Shown piece by piece: positions 1 to 11,121 of a stretch of 64,000 nt of DNA. The stretch comes from Macrostomum lignano (taxonomy: Eukaryota): contig NIVC01000694.1 of assembly GCA_002269645.1 (NCBI GenBank), positions 248,001-312,000 of the forward strand, written 5' to 3'. The first letter of the stretch is position 1. Every line of letters starts with the position of its first letter. The translations under genes were made by a program, and so were the position numbers. The notes under the pieces were generated by a model, which was not told where the DNA came from, made no database searches, and worked only from the letters and a program-made list of their open reading frames with translations.

Positions 1-864
1 AGCGGCAGTCGCAGGCGGCGGATGCGCAGTCCGCGACCAGACAGTCCTTGAGAGTCGCGCCGAACGGCAGGGCGCGGGGCTCGGCAGCGGGCGCGGGACT
101 GCGCAGAGCCAGCCGGTCCACTGCGGCTGGCACCGCGGTCCCACTGCCGTCGCTTGCGGAGCAGCGGTCAATCTGGCCGACCCTGGACGGCAGCTTGATG
201 CACCGGAGGTCTTGAAGGTGCCCAGCGGGCCAAAATGTGCTGCCAGCTCAGGCTGTGACGAAGCTGGCACCGACTGAGCCGCTGGTGCAATCCAAGACTG
301 TGAGACCTGAGCGCCGCAATCGCTTTCTGTTTTTTTATTTTTTCAGTGGAGAAATAAACTTAAACTGAAGGCTTGAGTCTTTCATCTGGCCATAAAATGT
401 CAATAAAGTCTACAGCTGGCTGCAGTTCCTCGCTGGATTAGAGAACAACTGCTTCAACAGTAGTCAGTTAAAGCCGGACTGTAAAATTTGAGAAAAAATG
501 AGACCAGAAATCCATTTTAGAAATGTAAGAAGCGCTTGAGATTTTATTTGCTCATACTATGGTACCAGCGAAGCAGGAATATCATTCTGAGCGATTGGTT
601 GATCTCAGGAGCCTTTGAAAATATTAAACAATAGCTACACTTGACATTTCTGTCTGTGGCTGCAGGGCCGGCCCGCAGCGGCCTGGACAGAGGAATTCGA
701 AACAGGAAATCTGGCATGCCAAGGACCTTTGGATGGCAACCGAGCTTTGCGGGGGCACAGGCAACCAGATAAATACAAATTCGCACCAACCATGCAACAA
801 TAATTTGTGAGACGCAAAATTTGTCACACCCTCCACGAGAACCGACGATGGACGATTTTGGAAT

Positions 865-2159
865 TCAGGAGGCTTTGGCGCCGCCCCGCTGCCCGGCCGC
901 CTGCTTGGAGGATTTGGCGGGCGCCTCGGCAGACTTGGGCGAGTAGGAGAAGGCGGAGATGATGGCGAAGACTTCGGTGACGGCCGGGAAGGCGATGCAG
1001 AAACCGAAGATGTAGAAGAAGTCGTTGACGGGCCAGGAGTCGAGCAGGAACAGCAGCAGCGCCACGGAGCCGGCGAAGTGCGAGGCGGTGGCTGCGATTC
1101 GGTTTGAGGAATCGAGGAGTTAAGGAATGGCTGACAGATTTATTGATTTCTCTGCGCTGCACAGCAGCCGCCTAGTGGGGTTGGACGGGAAAGACCGGTG
1201 GCTGCTGGGGAGGTGCAGTTGGGCTTCATCACAGCTGCTTGCGGAGGCCCCGCTCTATGAGCTGGCTGAGGTCCAGCAGGGCTGGCAGCGCGATGGTCAC
1301 AGCGAAGATCGGCCAGAAGCGGCTGTAGCTCCAGGCCCAGAGCACGAAGTAGCAGGAGCTGACGGTGCCGCCGCAGTGGATTATGATGGCTGAAGGGATG
1401 GGACAGAGTTAAGGAGATTTTCCTTGAATTCTACCTAGCCTAAGCATTTTTGGGCCTATGAGAGCATGTCAAATAAGCAATTTTTTTGAAAGGATACAGA
1501 AAAGGCTCTGTGTCGGCAGGAACATCGTCACGCCGAACAGGAAGGATAGCAACTCGAATGCGAACAGGAAGCACGAGACTGCCAGTACGATGATGAACCT
1601 GAAAGCACACAAGGTCAAAAATATTTTATTTGAAAAAATAAACCAGTTCCCAATAAAAAAGTAAAGAGGACAATCAATCTTACTTGAGGTCCTCCGCATT
1701 GTATTCGGCAGTAGTGTACGTAGTCGACAGAGATGCTTTTATGTGAAGATCCTAAAATCAGATGGCATAAAAAGTAATTTCAGTATTGATTGATTTGTCA
1801 TTAAAAGCCCTACAGACAAACCGTATAATGTGATAAAATTTACCCCAAGCAGATAACATAACATTTACTAAATACTATGTACTAAAATGGAACGTATTTA
1901 CTTCATTCCATTCAGCAGCACATGAAAAATTATTAAAAATGTATTTTCCTATTCTCTGATTCAGCTGAAAAGCAAGTCTAAAAAGAGCAAGAAATCTAAA
2001 AATCTCTTGTTGAAAGCCAGAGTAATATTCGGATTAAAAGTCACACTAAATATTAAATGTCATGCAAAAACTTACTCTTGAAATGAAGATCGTTACAGTA
2101 ATAACAATATGAGAAATCAGAACAAGAAAGCGGGCTGGGATTAGACCGTTGACCCTCAT
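865..2159 (-). CDS. TMEM107: TMEM107 ciliary transition-zone membrane protein, isoform using distal terminal exon 4b (exons 2159-2076, 1751-1684, 1598-1498, 1091-865)
   Basis: Spliced translation MRVNGLIPARFLVLISHIVITVTIFISR|DLHIKASLSTTYTTAEYNAEDLK|FIIVLAVSCFLFAFELLSFLFGVTMFLPTQSLF|STASHFAGSVALLLFLLDSWPVNDFFYIFGFCIAFPAVTEVF... aligns along its length with TMEM107 as I recall it (P.RFL.L..H, FA.EL..F..GV.MF..TQSL, YIF.FC.A.PAVTE). Introns 1 and 2 are GTAAG..AG; all phases (0, 2, 1) are consistent. Confidence 0.93.
1092..1497 (-). other. U12-type (minor spliceosome) GT-AG intron: donor GTATCCTTTC at 1497, branch points TCCTTAAC 1415-1408 (acceptor 1391-1390) and TTCCTTAAC 1127-1119 (acceptor 1093-1092)
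   Basis: Exact matches to the U12 5' splice site consensus RTATCCTTT and the branch consensus TTCCTTRAY, read directly on the minus strand. No AG lies between either branch point and its acceptor. Confidence 0.88.
1229..1389 (-). CDS. TMEM107: TMEM107 alternative proximal terminal exon 4a (paralog of exon 4b)
   Basis: Phase-1 acceptor (..cccttcag|cc) in frame with exon 3 gives SIIIHCGGTVSSCYFVLWAWSYSRFWPIFAVTIALPALLDLSQLIERGLRKQL*. It keeps the H, W, IF and ALP positions of the TMEM107 C-terminal half, has GC3-rich codons, and is preceded by the U12 branch motif TCCTTAAC. Confidence 0.82.
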
Positions 2160-2636
2160 TTTGAGAATTAATATTAACAGAAAAGCAGAGAGTGCGCGTT
2201 GTTTCTAAATTTGAGCAAATTGAGGAAAGAATTCGATGTCAAAATATATAATCTGTGTACAAAATAAAAGCTAATAAACATAGCAACGATCAAATGTTTC
2301 ATTTTTTAAACATTTAAAAAAATTATTATAAGTTTCGAGTTAATATAAAGCTGCCTTAATCAATAAAAAAAGATTTCTTTGTTAAAATCTACTCTTAAAT
2401 TTAAAATTTATTATCGAGTTAAATATTCTAACTAACTAACCTTTACAAGTTGTTACACGTTTCTAGTATTAAAATTTTTACTAAAGTTGAGAAGCCTTAC
2501 GCTTATAGTTGGATAAAGTAAAAAGTATTCTAAATCAGTCGTACCGAGGGTTTGTTTGTTTTATATCATAAGCCTATCTTTAAAGTTTCCTAGCGATTTA
2601 AAGTACCAATTTGTTAGACATTAAGTTATAAAAAAT
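2160..2636. promoter_or_regulatory. Putative bidirectional promoter / shared 5' region between TMEM107 (-) and NDUFS3 (+)
   Basis: Divergent start codons at 2159 (-) and 2637 (+) separated by 477 nt of AT-rich sequence. No specific motif was identified. Confidence 0.55.
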
Positions 2637-5600
2637 ATGATTAACTTGAAGCACATCCTAAAGCTTCGCTCATTGCCTGGAGCGACATCATGTACGAGTG
2701 CATTTTTAAAAGAGACTTTAACTGCTCCAGCTTGTAGCCGTATAAATGCATCGATGATTTCAGGTATGTGGAAAAAATTGCCTAGCCCTAAATATAGTAT
2801 AGTGATTCTTTGATTTGATATTTGTAATTTGATTTGATTATTTGATGTTGCTTTTTGAAAGCTTGTTACGAGGGGTGATCAAAAAGTTCTGCAACCTCTT
2901 GTTATTGCTTTTAGGTATAGAATCGACAAAAGCCAAGAACTTATACACATTTGGCTATATCTGTTTGCTAGGCCTATAATATGCATTTTTGGCTTCCAAA
3001 TGTGCCCAGTCAAATTTCATAGCCATATATTTTCCATGTGTTTTCAGTAGCTGATGGAACCATCAAAAGACAGTATTTGCTTCTATATCTTTATGCACAT
3101 GCAACTTGGCTGCAGTGACTGAGATTCATACTAGGCCTAATCTAGTGAATGTTTTAGCTAACTCTGCTCCATCATTTGACACAGTTGCCTGCTGAGTGTG
3201 CTATTTCTTGGAAGGCTGGGACAGCTTCAACAATGAACCAAGGTCTAGCTTACCCAAGACATCCATGACTAAAGATGTCATGGCCTATGCCAATACAAAT
3301 AAATTGTGAGGATTGAAACATTATGCTAAGATTCCTTGCTTATAAGATTAATGTCAGCTATGGAAGTGCTCATAACATCATGCATAAGCAACTAGGCCAC
3401 ACAAAGACTTGCACTTGGTGGGTACCCATCTTCTTACTCTAGAGCAGTAAGCAAAGAGGGAGTGCATCTGCTGTTTATGGCTGCAAATGTTTGAGCCCCA
3501 CAGCCCACAATGAGTATTGAATATTATAATAGGAGACAAATATTGGATCTCCTTCTTTACCATGAAGGATAAGCAGTCCAACATGGTCTGGTTAGCAGAA
3601 GATGAGCCAAGGCTTGAGGTGTTAAAAACTAGATTGTACAGTCAGAAGCAGATGTTCACCATTTTTTTCAACTCTTAGTGTTGTATTAGTAAACATCCTT
3701 TTAGCGGGTGCCACAGTGACTGCCAGGTACTTCATAGACACTGTTCTGCCAGGTGTGCTGCAGGAGCAGCAAGAATATATGCGAACCAGGCATGGACCTT
3801 GACTCCTGCTACACTATGACAATGCGGCACCGCATAGAGTGGCCTTAATCATTGGCGTATCTGGAGCAGCAAAAGGTCCAGCTATTGCCTTATCCTCCCT
3901 ACTCTCTAGACCTAGCACCCTGTGACTTTTGGCTATTCCCGAGGATCAAATCCATCATTTCTAGGAGGCCATTTTAATGCATACAAGACCTTGCCCAAGC
4001 AGTACATTTAGCTCTACAGGGTATACCAACTTCAGAGTACCATGATTGCTTTCAGACATGGTGCACACGCATGCAACGGTGCATAGATGATGGTGGAAAG
4101 AACTTTGAGGGAATGTGACACTGATTGGCCTTGGCTGCTATAATACTGAGTTGTGAGGTCACTTGCACAACTTATTGATCACTTCTCATAGGCCCTTATA
4201 TTAGTTTAAGTTTTTGCTTTAGGCCTAATTTTAATAAATACAGTGTACTACAGTCTGAATTTATTTAGGAAAGTCAATCATTATGTAGCCATGGTATAGG
4301 GCCTATTAAATTTGTTATAATATTAACACATGTAATAATAATACCAAATTGCCCTAATATTTAGGCTTTGCTTAACTATTAAATAATAAAAACCCAAATT
4401 CTAGTTGTTTTGCCCCCAAACTATTTCGCCCATAAACCAGTTTAGTTATAGGCATTTTGGCCAAAATGGTGATTATATAAAAGTCATTCCTTTCAAAAGT
4501 GCATGGCAAATAAAGCCAATTTGAATGATCAGTTATTAAAAGAGGGTGAGAAAAGGTTTTGGTTACAAGCAAGGTAAAGCTAAAAATACTTAAAGAATAA
4601 GTTTGTCACTAAAATTAAGAATTAAAGCACAGTTTAAAACCTAAAGTTTAGAAATGGTCCATGGCCAAATGGTCTATGGGCAAAATGGTCTGGGGGAGGA
4701 GGAAAATGTCTATGGCCAAAATGGTTTATGGCAAAATGATTGGTTATCTAAAAACTCTAGTTTTCACTATTATAGCTAGGGTTTTTAATATAATGATATT
4801 AAATATAGAAAAAGGATTTTGCTAACATGCTAATGTCCTAGCAATTAATTGTCCTTAAAAGTTAATAGCAAGATCATATATAGACAGGGTGGATGCTAGT
4901 CATTTTGTCTACCCATAAATTTGCTTTTTAAGCAGACAAAAAGTTTTCTCCTTCTAAAACTATTTTCAACTAAGAAATAAAAATGAAGGCAAGAATGTAA
5001 AATGAAGTGGGAGTCACCAAATAATCTTTTTGTTGATGTTGTTTCAATGTTATAAGGGTTGGTCTTTTTGAATATGACAATCTACATTAGTTTATATACA
5101 TTAGAGAAAAGGGTTTAGAGAGGGAAAGACATGCTATAACAATTCTAAATTTGAAACAATATAGTTGTCTTGCATATAAAAATTGTTGAATTTGTTGAAT
5201 AAGAAGTGTCTTCAATAATTCACCTGTGTCTGCTATGAACTAAATTAGTGTCTTCAATAATTCACCTGTGTCTGCTATGAACTAAATTAGTGTCTTCAAT
5301 AATTCACCTGTGTCTGCTATGAACTAAATTAGTGTCTTCAATAATTAACCTGTGTCTGCTATGAACTAAATTAGTGTCTTCAATAATTAACCTGTGTCTG
5401 CTATGAACTAAATTAGTGTCTTCAATAATTAACCTGTGTCTGCTATGAACTAAATTAGTGTCTTCAATAATTCACCTGTGTCTGCTATGAACTAAATTAG
5501 TGTCTTCAATAATTCACCTGTGTCTGCTATGAACTAAATTAGTGTCTTCAATAATTCACCTGTGTCTGCTATGAACTAAATTAGTGTCTTCAATAATTCA

Positions 5601-8600
5601 CCTGTGTCTGCTATGAACTAAATTAGTGTCTTCAATAATTAACCTGTGTCTGCTATGAACTAAATTAGTGTCTTCAATAATTAACCTGTGTCTGCTATGA
5701 ACTAAATTAGTGTCTTCAATAATTAACCTGTGTCTGCTATGAACTAAATTAGTGTCTTCAATAATTCACCTGTGTCTGCTATGAACTAAATTAGTGTCTT
5801 CAATAATTCACCTGTGTCTGCTATGAACTAAATTAGTGTCTTCAATAATTCACCTGTGTCTGCTATGAACTAAATTAGTGTCTTCAATAATTCACCTGTG
5901 TCTGCTATGAACTAAATTAGTGTCTTCAATAATTCACCTGTGTCTGCTATGAACTAAATTAGTGTCTTCAATAATTAACCTGTGTCTGCTATGAACTAAA
6001 TTAGTGTCTTCAATAATTAACCTGTGTCTGCTATGAACTAAATTAGTGTCTTCAATAATTCACCTGTGTCTGCTATGAACTAAATTAGTGTCTTCAATAA
6101 TTCACGTGTGTCTGCTATGAACTAAATTAGTGTCTTCAATAATTCACCTGTGTCTGCTATGAACTAAATTAGTGTCTTCAATAATTCATCTGTGTCTGCT
6201 ATGAACTAAATTAGTGTCTTCAATAATTCACCTGTGTCTGCTATGAACTAAATTAGTGTCTTCAATAATTTACCTGTGTCTGCTATGAACTAAATTAGTG
6301 TCTTGTGGTATATGCGCATATAAAGTATATTTCATTTCACACACATTGGCCATAGACACTGCCCCTGTTAACCCTGCGTTCTAAAGCTAATATAAGGAGA
6401 GCAAATATAAAGGAAATGAATGTTAACATCGGCATGGCAAGAGCCCGCTACCAAGCTTGAGATTACTAACCATAATTCACCTGGACTTCGAGTTGGTAAC
6501 GGAAGTCGGATGTAACATTGGCGACGAGGATTCTTCAGAAGAAGACAAAATGACCGCGCCAAATACTGCTTCGAAAATCAGCACATTTGATCCGGCACGA
6601 CCTGAAAGGTGGACTGTATACGAGGAGCGTCTGGAACAATACTTCATCGCTAAATCCATCACCAAAGAGGAGATTAAGCGAGCCGAGCTCATCACAGTAA
6701 TTGGTGAAGACTGCTATACGTTGCTCAGAGACTTACTGTCTCCAGACTCCCCGAAGGACAAATCCTACGATGATTTAATTGAAAAGTTACGAACGCATTT
6801 CACCCCAACGCCGAAAAGAATCGTCGAGAGATACAACTTTCATCACCGAAGCCAGCAGGAAGGCGAATCCATTACAGAGTACGTCGCGCAGCTACAGAAG
6901 TTGGCGGCGACCTGTTCGTTTGGAGGCTTTTTGTCGGAGGCGATCAGAGACAGACTGGTTTGTGGACTACGAAGCAAGCTGACACAGCAAAGGCTGCTGC
7001 AGGAGGACGATGTTTCACTGGACGACGCAGTTAAAATCTCGACAGCAATCGAAATCGCAGAGAAGGGTGCAATGCAGATCCACACTGGAAGAGACATTGT
7101 CGGCCTGGCTCAGGCCAATGCGGTATATGGAAGATCATCTGCTAAGGGATCGGGACCGACGAATCCGGCCAGTTCCGACGACCGGTGCTACAGGTGCCTC
7201 TCTTCTGGGCACTGGGCGAGAAGCTGTCCCAAAAGATCGCATGTCTGCAGTCGATGCAATAAACCAGGTCATGTTGAGAAGGCGTGCAGGACGAAGCAGA
7301 AGCAGTTCAGCGGAAACCAACCGCCGCACAGCAAGAAGAAGTTCGAAACCAAGCAGAGCTACAAAGGTAGGAAAATAAAACATCTGAGCGCAAATGGAAG
7401 CCCCGGCAGTAGTGAGGAGTCGTACGATTTCTCTGACGTCAAGAACGTCGCTGTCAATTCAAATTACGAGGCTAAGCGAATGAGCGCACAGAAGGCTCGG
7501 TTCAAGCCTTTCACAGAGACACTGCAAGTCAACGGGTCTCCGATTAAATTCGAAGTGGACACCGGCGCCGGTCAATAATTAACCTGTGTCTGCTATGAAC
7601 TAAATTAGTGTCTTCAATAATTCACCTGTGTCTGCTATGAACTAAATTAGTGTCTTCAATAATTCACCTGTGTCTGCTATGAACTAAATTAGTGTCTTCA
7701 ATAATTCACCTGTGTCTGCTATGAACTAAATTAGTGTCTTCAATAATTCACCTGTGTCTGCTATGAACTAAATTAGTGTCTTCAATAATTCACCTGTGTC
7801 TGCTATGAACTAAATTAGTGTCTTCAATAATTCACCTGTGTCTGCTATGAACTAAATTAGTGTTTTCAATAATTAACCTGTGTCTGCTATGAACTAAATT
7901 AGTGTCTTCAATAATTAACCTGTGTCTGCTATGAACTAAATTAGTGTCTTCAATAATTAACCTGTGTCTGCTATGAACTAAATTAGTGTCTTCAATAATT
8001 CACCTGTGTCTGCTATGAACTAAATTAGTGTCTTCAATAATTCACCTGTGTCTGTTATGAACTAAATTAGTGTCTTCAATAATTCACCTGTGTCTGCTAT
8101 GAACTAAATTAGTGTCTTCAATAATTCACTTGTGTCTTAGGGCCTGTCTTTTTGGCTCTTAACTAAAGCTTTTATAGATATGTTAGTGTTTAGTACATGT
8201 ATGTATTAGTTTTTAGTATGTCTTAACTGCATCTAGCAAATGCATACATAAAAGACATTGTTAATTTTTCCCATTTATATTTCAAGGTTTTCCAACACCT
8301 GTGAGGCGCGAGTTGTGCACAGAAAAGAAAATGCGTAAGTAACCTGAAATTCTTCTAATTGGATATATCTACTCAACTTCACTACTATAGGGCTCTGGCA
8401 GTCTGGCTCCTTTTCTTCAAATGCAATGCAGCATCAAAACAAATTACTTTAGGAAATGGCAACGCACTATGATTAAAAAACCTAAATGGCTCTCTACCCG
8501 GAATCTCACGCCTTGAAAAGTGACCCATCCGCCCACTCAATTCACGCTTTGAACAAGTGACCATCCGCCCACTCAATTCACGCCTTGAACAGTGACCCAT

Positions 8601-9899
8601 CCGCCCACTCAATTCACGCCTTGAACAAGTGACCCATCCGCCCACTCAATTCACGCCTTGAACAGTGACCATCCGCCCACTCAATTCACGCCTTGAACAA
8701 GTGACCCACCCACCCACTCAATTCACGCCTTGAACAAGTGACCCATCCGCCCACTCAATTCACGCCTTGAACAAGTGACCCACCCACCCACTCAATTCAC
8801 GCCTTGAACAAGTGACCCATCCGCCCACTCAATTCACGCCTTGAACAAGTGACCATCCGCCCACTCAATTCACGCCTTGAACAAGTGACCATCCGCCCAC
8901 TCAATTCACGCCTTGAACAGTGACCCATCCGCCCACTCAATTCACGCCTTGAACAAGTGACCCATCCGCCCACTCAATTCACGCCTTGAACAGTGACCAT
9001 CCGCCCACTCAATTCACGCCTTGAACAAGTGACCCATCCGCCCACTCAATTCACGCCTTGAACAAGTGACCTATCTGCCCACACAATTCACGCCTTAAAC
9101 AAGTGACCTATCTGCCCACTCAATTCACGCCTTGAACAAGTGACCCATCCGCCCACTCAATTCACGCCTTGAACAAGTGACCCATCCGCCCACACAATCC
9201 GCGCCTTGAAAAACTCAAATGCCCCTCCCCTCTGCTCTCCCCACAGCCACTGTCCGCTACTCGGACCCGGCCATTCGCGAGCCGCTGAAAGCATTCGGCA
9301 AGTACGCGGGCGAGTGCCTGCCAAAATACATCCAGTCCGCCGACGTGACCATCTTTGACGAGCTGGAGATCCTCATCCACCCCGAGGGCGTCCTGCCCGT
9401 GCTGTCCTTCCTGAAGGACCACCACGCCGGGCAGTTCGTGAACCTGAGCGACATCTGCTGCGTGGACGTGCCCAGCCGGCAGTTCCGATTCGAGGTGGTG
9501 TACAACCTGCTGTCTCTGCGCTACAACTGCCGGGCGCGGGTGAAGACGTACACGGACGAGCTCACCCCGCTGGAGTCCTGCTGCTCCGTGTTCCAGGCGG
9601 CCAACTGGTACGAGCGCGAGGTCTGGGACATGTTCGGCGTGTACTTCACCAACCACCCCGACCTGCGCCGCATCCTCACGGACTACGGCTTCCAGGGCCA
9701 CCCGTTCCGCAAGGACTTCCCGCTGGTTGGCTACAATGAGTACCGCTACGATGACGAGCAGAAGCGGGTGGTGATCGAGCCGGTGGAGCTGGCGCAGGAC
9801 TTCCGCAAGTTCGAGTACTCCACCCCCTGGGAGGTGTTCCCCAACTACAGGGACGCTGACAAGAATATGCGCAAGGAGGGCGCCGGCGACGAGAAGTGA
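2637..9899 (+). CDS. NDUFS3: NADH dehydrogenase (ubiquinone) Fe-S protein 3, complex I 30 kDa subunit (exons 2637-2763, 8287-8334, 9247-9899)
   Basis: Exon 3 has the hallmark [52 protein letters not shown] motifs. Exon 2 ([16 protein letters not shown]|TVR) resembles the PVRRES..RPTVR cleavage region. Exon 1 ([19 protein letters not shown]...) looks like a transit peptide. Phase-1 GT-AG junctions are consistent. Exon 1 is less certain than exons 2-3. Confidence 0.93.
2869..4188 (+). mobile_element. Full-length (~1.32 kb) decayed mariner (Tc1/mariner, D,D34D-type) DNA transposon in NDUFS3 intron 1
   Basis: TA-flanked imperfect TIRs (CGAGGGGTGATCAAAAAGTTCTGCAA ... TTGCACAACTTATTGATCACTTCTCA-TA). 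Disrupted transposase motifs WVP.LLT (~3418), IIGDKYWI (~3525), [10 protein letters not shown] (~3805), [16 protein letters not shown] (~3895) and a C-terminal W..R...C...G..FE. Confidence 0.9.
5206..8137. repeat. 42-bp tandem satellite (GTGTCTTCAATAATTCACCTGTGTCTGCTATGAACTAAATTA), ~26 copies at 5206-6303 and ~13 copies at 7572-8137, split by a Gypsy fragment
   Basis: Near-identical head-to-tail units read directly; the main variant is ttCacc/ttAacc. Confidence 0.97.
6304..7571 (+). mobile_element. 5' fragment of a Ty3/Gypsy LTR retrotransposon: LTR 6304-6517, PBS 6519-6531, gag ORF from 6550, truncated in the protease
   Basis: TG...CA-bounded 214-bp segment followed by TGGCGACGAGGAT (complementary to the 3' end of tRNA-Ser(GCU)). 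Uninterrupted ORF with gag motifs ([18 protein letters not shown]...[14 protein letters not shown]), two CX2CX4HX4C knuckles and the aspartic protease motif FEVDTGA at the break. Confidence 0.92.
8505..9210. repeat. ~37-bp minisatellite (TGACCCATCCGCCCACTCAATTCACGCCTTGAACAAG) in NDUFS3 intron 2
   Basis: About 19 tandem units read directly. Confidence 0.95.
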
Positions 9900-10489
9900 C
9901 CTGCCCTAGGTTTCCTAGAAATATGTAATCCCCCGTTCTGTTCCCCATCCTCCCCGGCTGTGTTTGGAGTTTCACAGCTAAGTAGTAGTTTGAGCTATGC
10001 TGGGGTCGGGAGGGCTAATGTTAGTCATTGAGCACCCCTGGCGTACCCTTTATCCTGTAAACTAGCGCAGCCACCACAATAAAATGCTCCTGCTAGAGCT
10101 GCCCAGTCTCTGGAGCAGTTACTCCTTCATGCAAATAGTTCGTTTAGAAACAGGAAATTGATCGTTTTAAAACTATGTACTAACAGGTTTGCTTATGTAC
10201 TCGTATTACTCAATGCCACTTTAGTATAAATTAATAAAATAGAGTAATCAACAGAGTAAAATGGCGGGCTTTGCAACCTGCTTGTTTTGTGTTTGAAATC
10301 CTCTTTTTCATTTGGCTATTTGGGAAGCTGATCCGCGCGCTTGTGTACCTCCTCAGGGGAGTCTGCGGAATGGGCAGTAATGCCTCTCACCGGTTGTGTG
10401 ACGATGTCGCTTAAAGTGCGCCAGGTGTACACAGCCTCCTGACTAACTAAATCTCCACCTCCTCAACCGCCCTTTGTACGAAGTAGGTG

Positions 10490-10935
10490 TCCACCTCCGC
10501 CCTCCCTGAGTGTTCACCTCTGCCCTCCCTGAATGTCCACCGCTCCGCCCTCCCTGAGTGTCCTTCACCGCTCCGCCCTCCCTGAGTGTCCTTCACCGCT
10601 CCGCCCTCCCTGAGTGTTCACCTCTGCCCTCCCTGAATGTCCACCGCTCCGTCCTCCCTGAGTGTCCACCGCTCCGCCCTCCCTGAGTGTCCTTCACCGC
10701 TCCGCCCTCCCTGAGTGTCCACCGCTCCGCCCTCCCTGAGTGTCCTTCACCTCTCTGCCCTCCCTGAGTGTTCACCGCTCCGCCCTCCCTGAGTGTCCTT
10801 CACCGCTCTGCCCTCCCTGAGTGTCCACCGCTCCGCCCTCCCTGAGTGTCCTTCACCGCTCCGCCCTCCCTGAGTGTCCTTCACCTCTCCGCCCTCCCTG
10901 AGTGTCCTTCACTGCTCCACCCACCCCCTGAGTGT
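10490..10935. repeat. 25-28-bp pyrimidine-rich minisatellite (CCCTCCCTGAGTGTCCTTCACCGCTCCG)
   Basis: Tandem units read directly. Confidence 0.92.
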
Positions 10936-11121
10936 CCAGCTGCCCAATTCTGCAGCAGCACACCCCAGTTACCCGGCCAGGGCTCCCACCAGTTCCGTAT
11001 TCACCACAAGTATTTTAAGGAAGTGCGCAATTCAGCAGAGCTGTACAAATATTCCCATGCAATTTCATGCCGCCGTCTTGCCGCAATGAAATTTGAGGAA
11101 ATCGAATGCATCCACCTGGCC

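Noticed and set aside
1-330. GC-rich stretch open in frames on both strands at the window edge
   Set aside because: Could be an exon of a neighbouring gene, but no recognisable motif or strand assignment is possible.
540-864. snoRNA (U8/SNORD118-like, as in the human TMEM107 3' region) or another ncRNA downstream of TMEM107
   Set aside because: No C/D-box architecture or U8-like sequence recognised by eye; an Infernal/Rfam scan would be needed.
9162-9701. Antisense ORFs overlapping NDUFS3, the Tudor gene, WAVE, the TIR exon and DDRGK1
   Set aside because: Expected shadow ORFs of GC3-rich coding sequence; no independent motifs.
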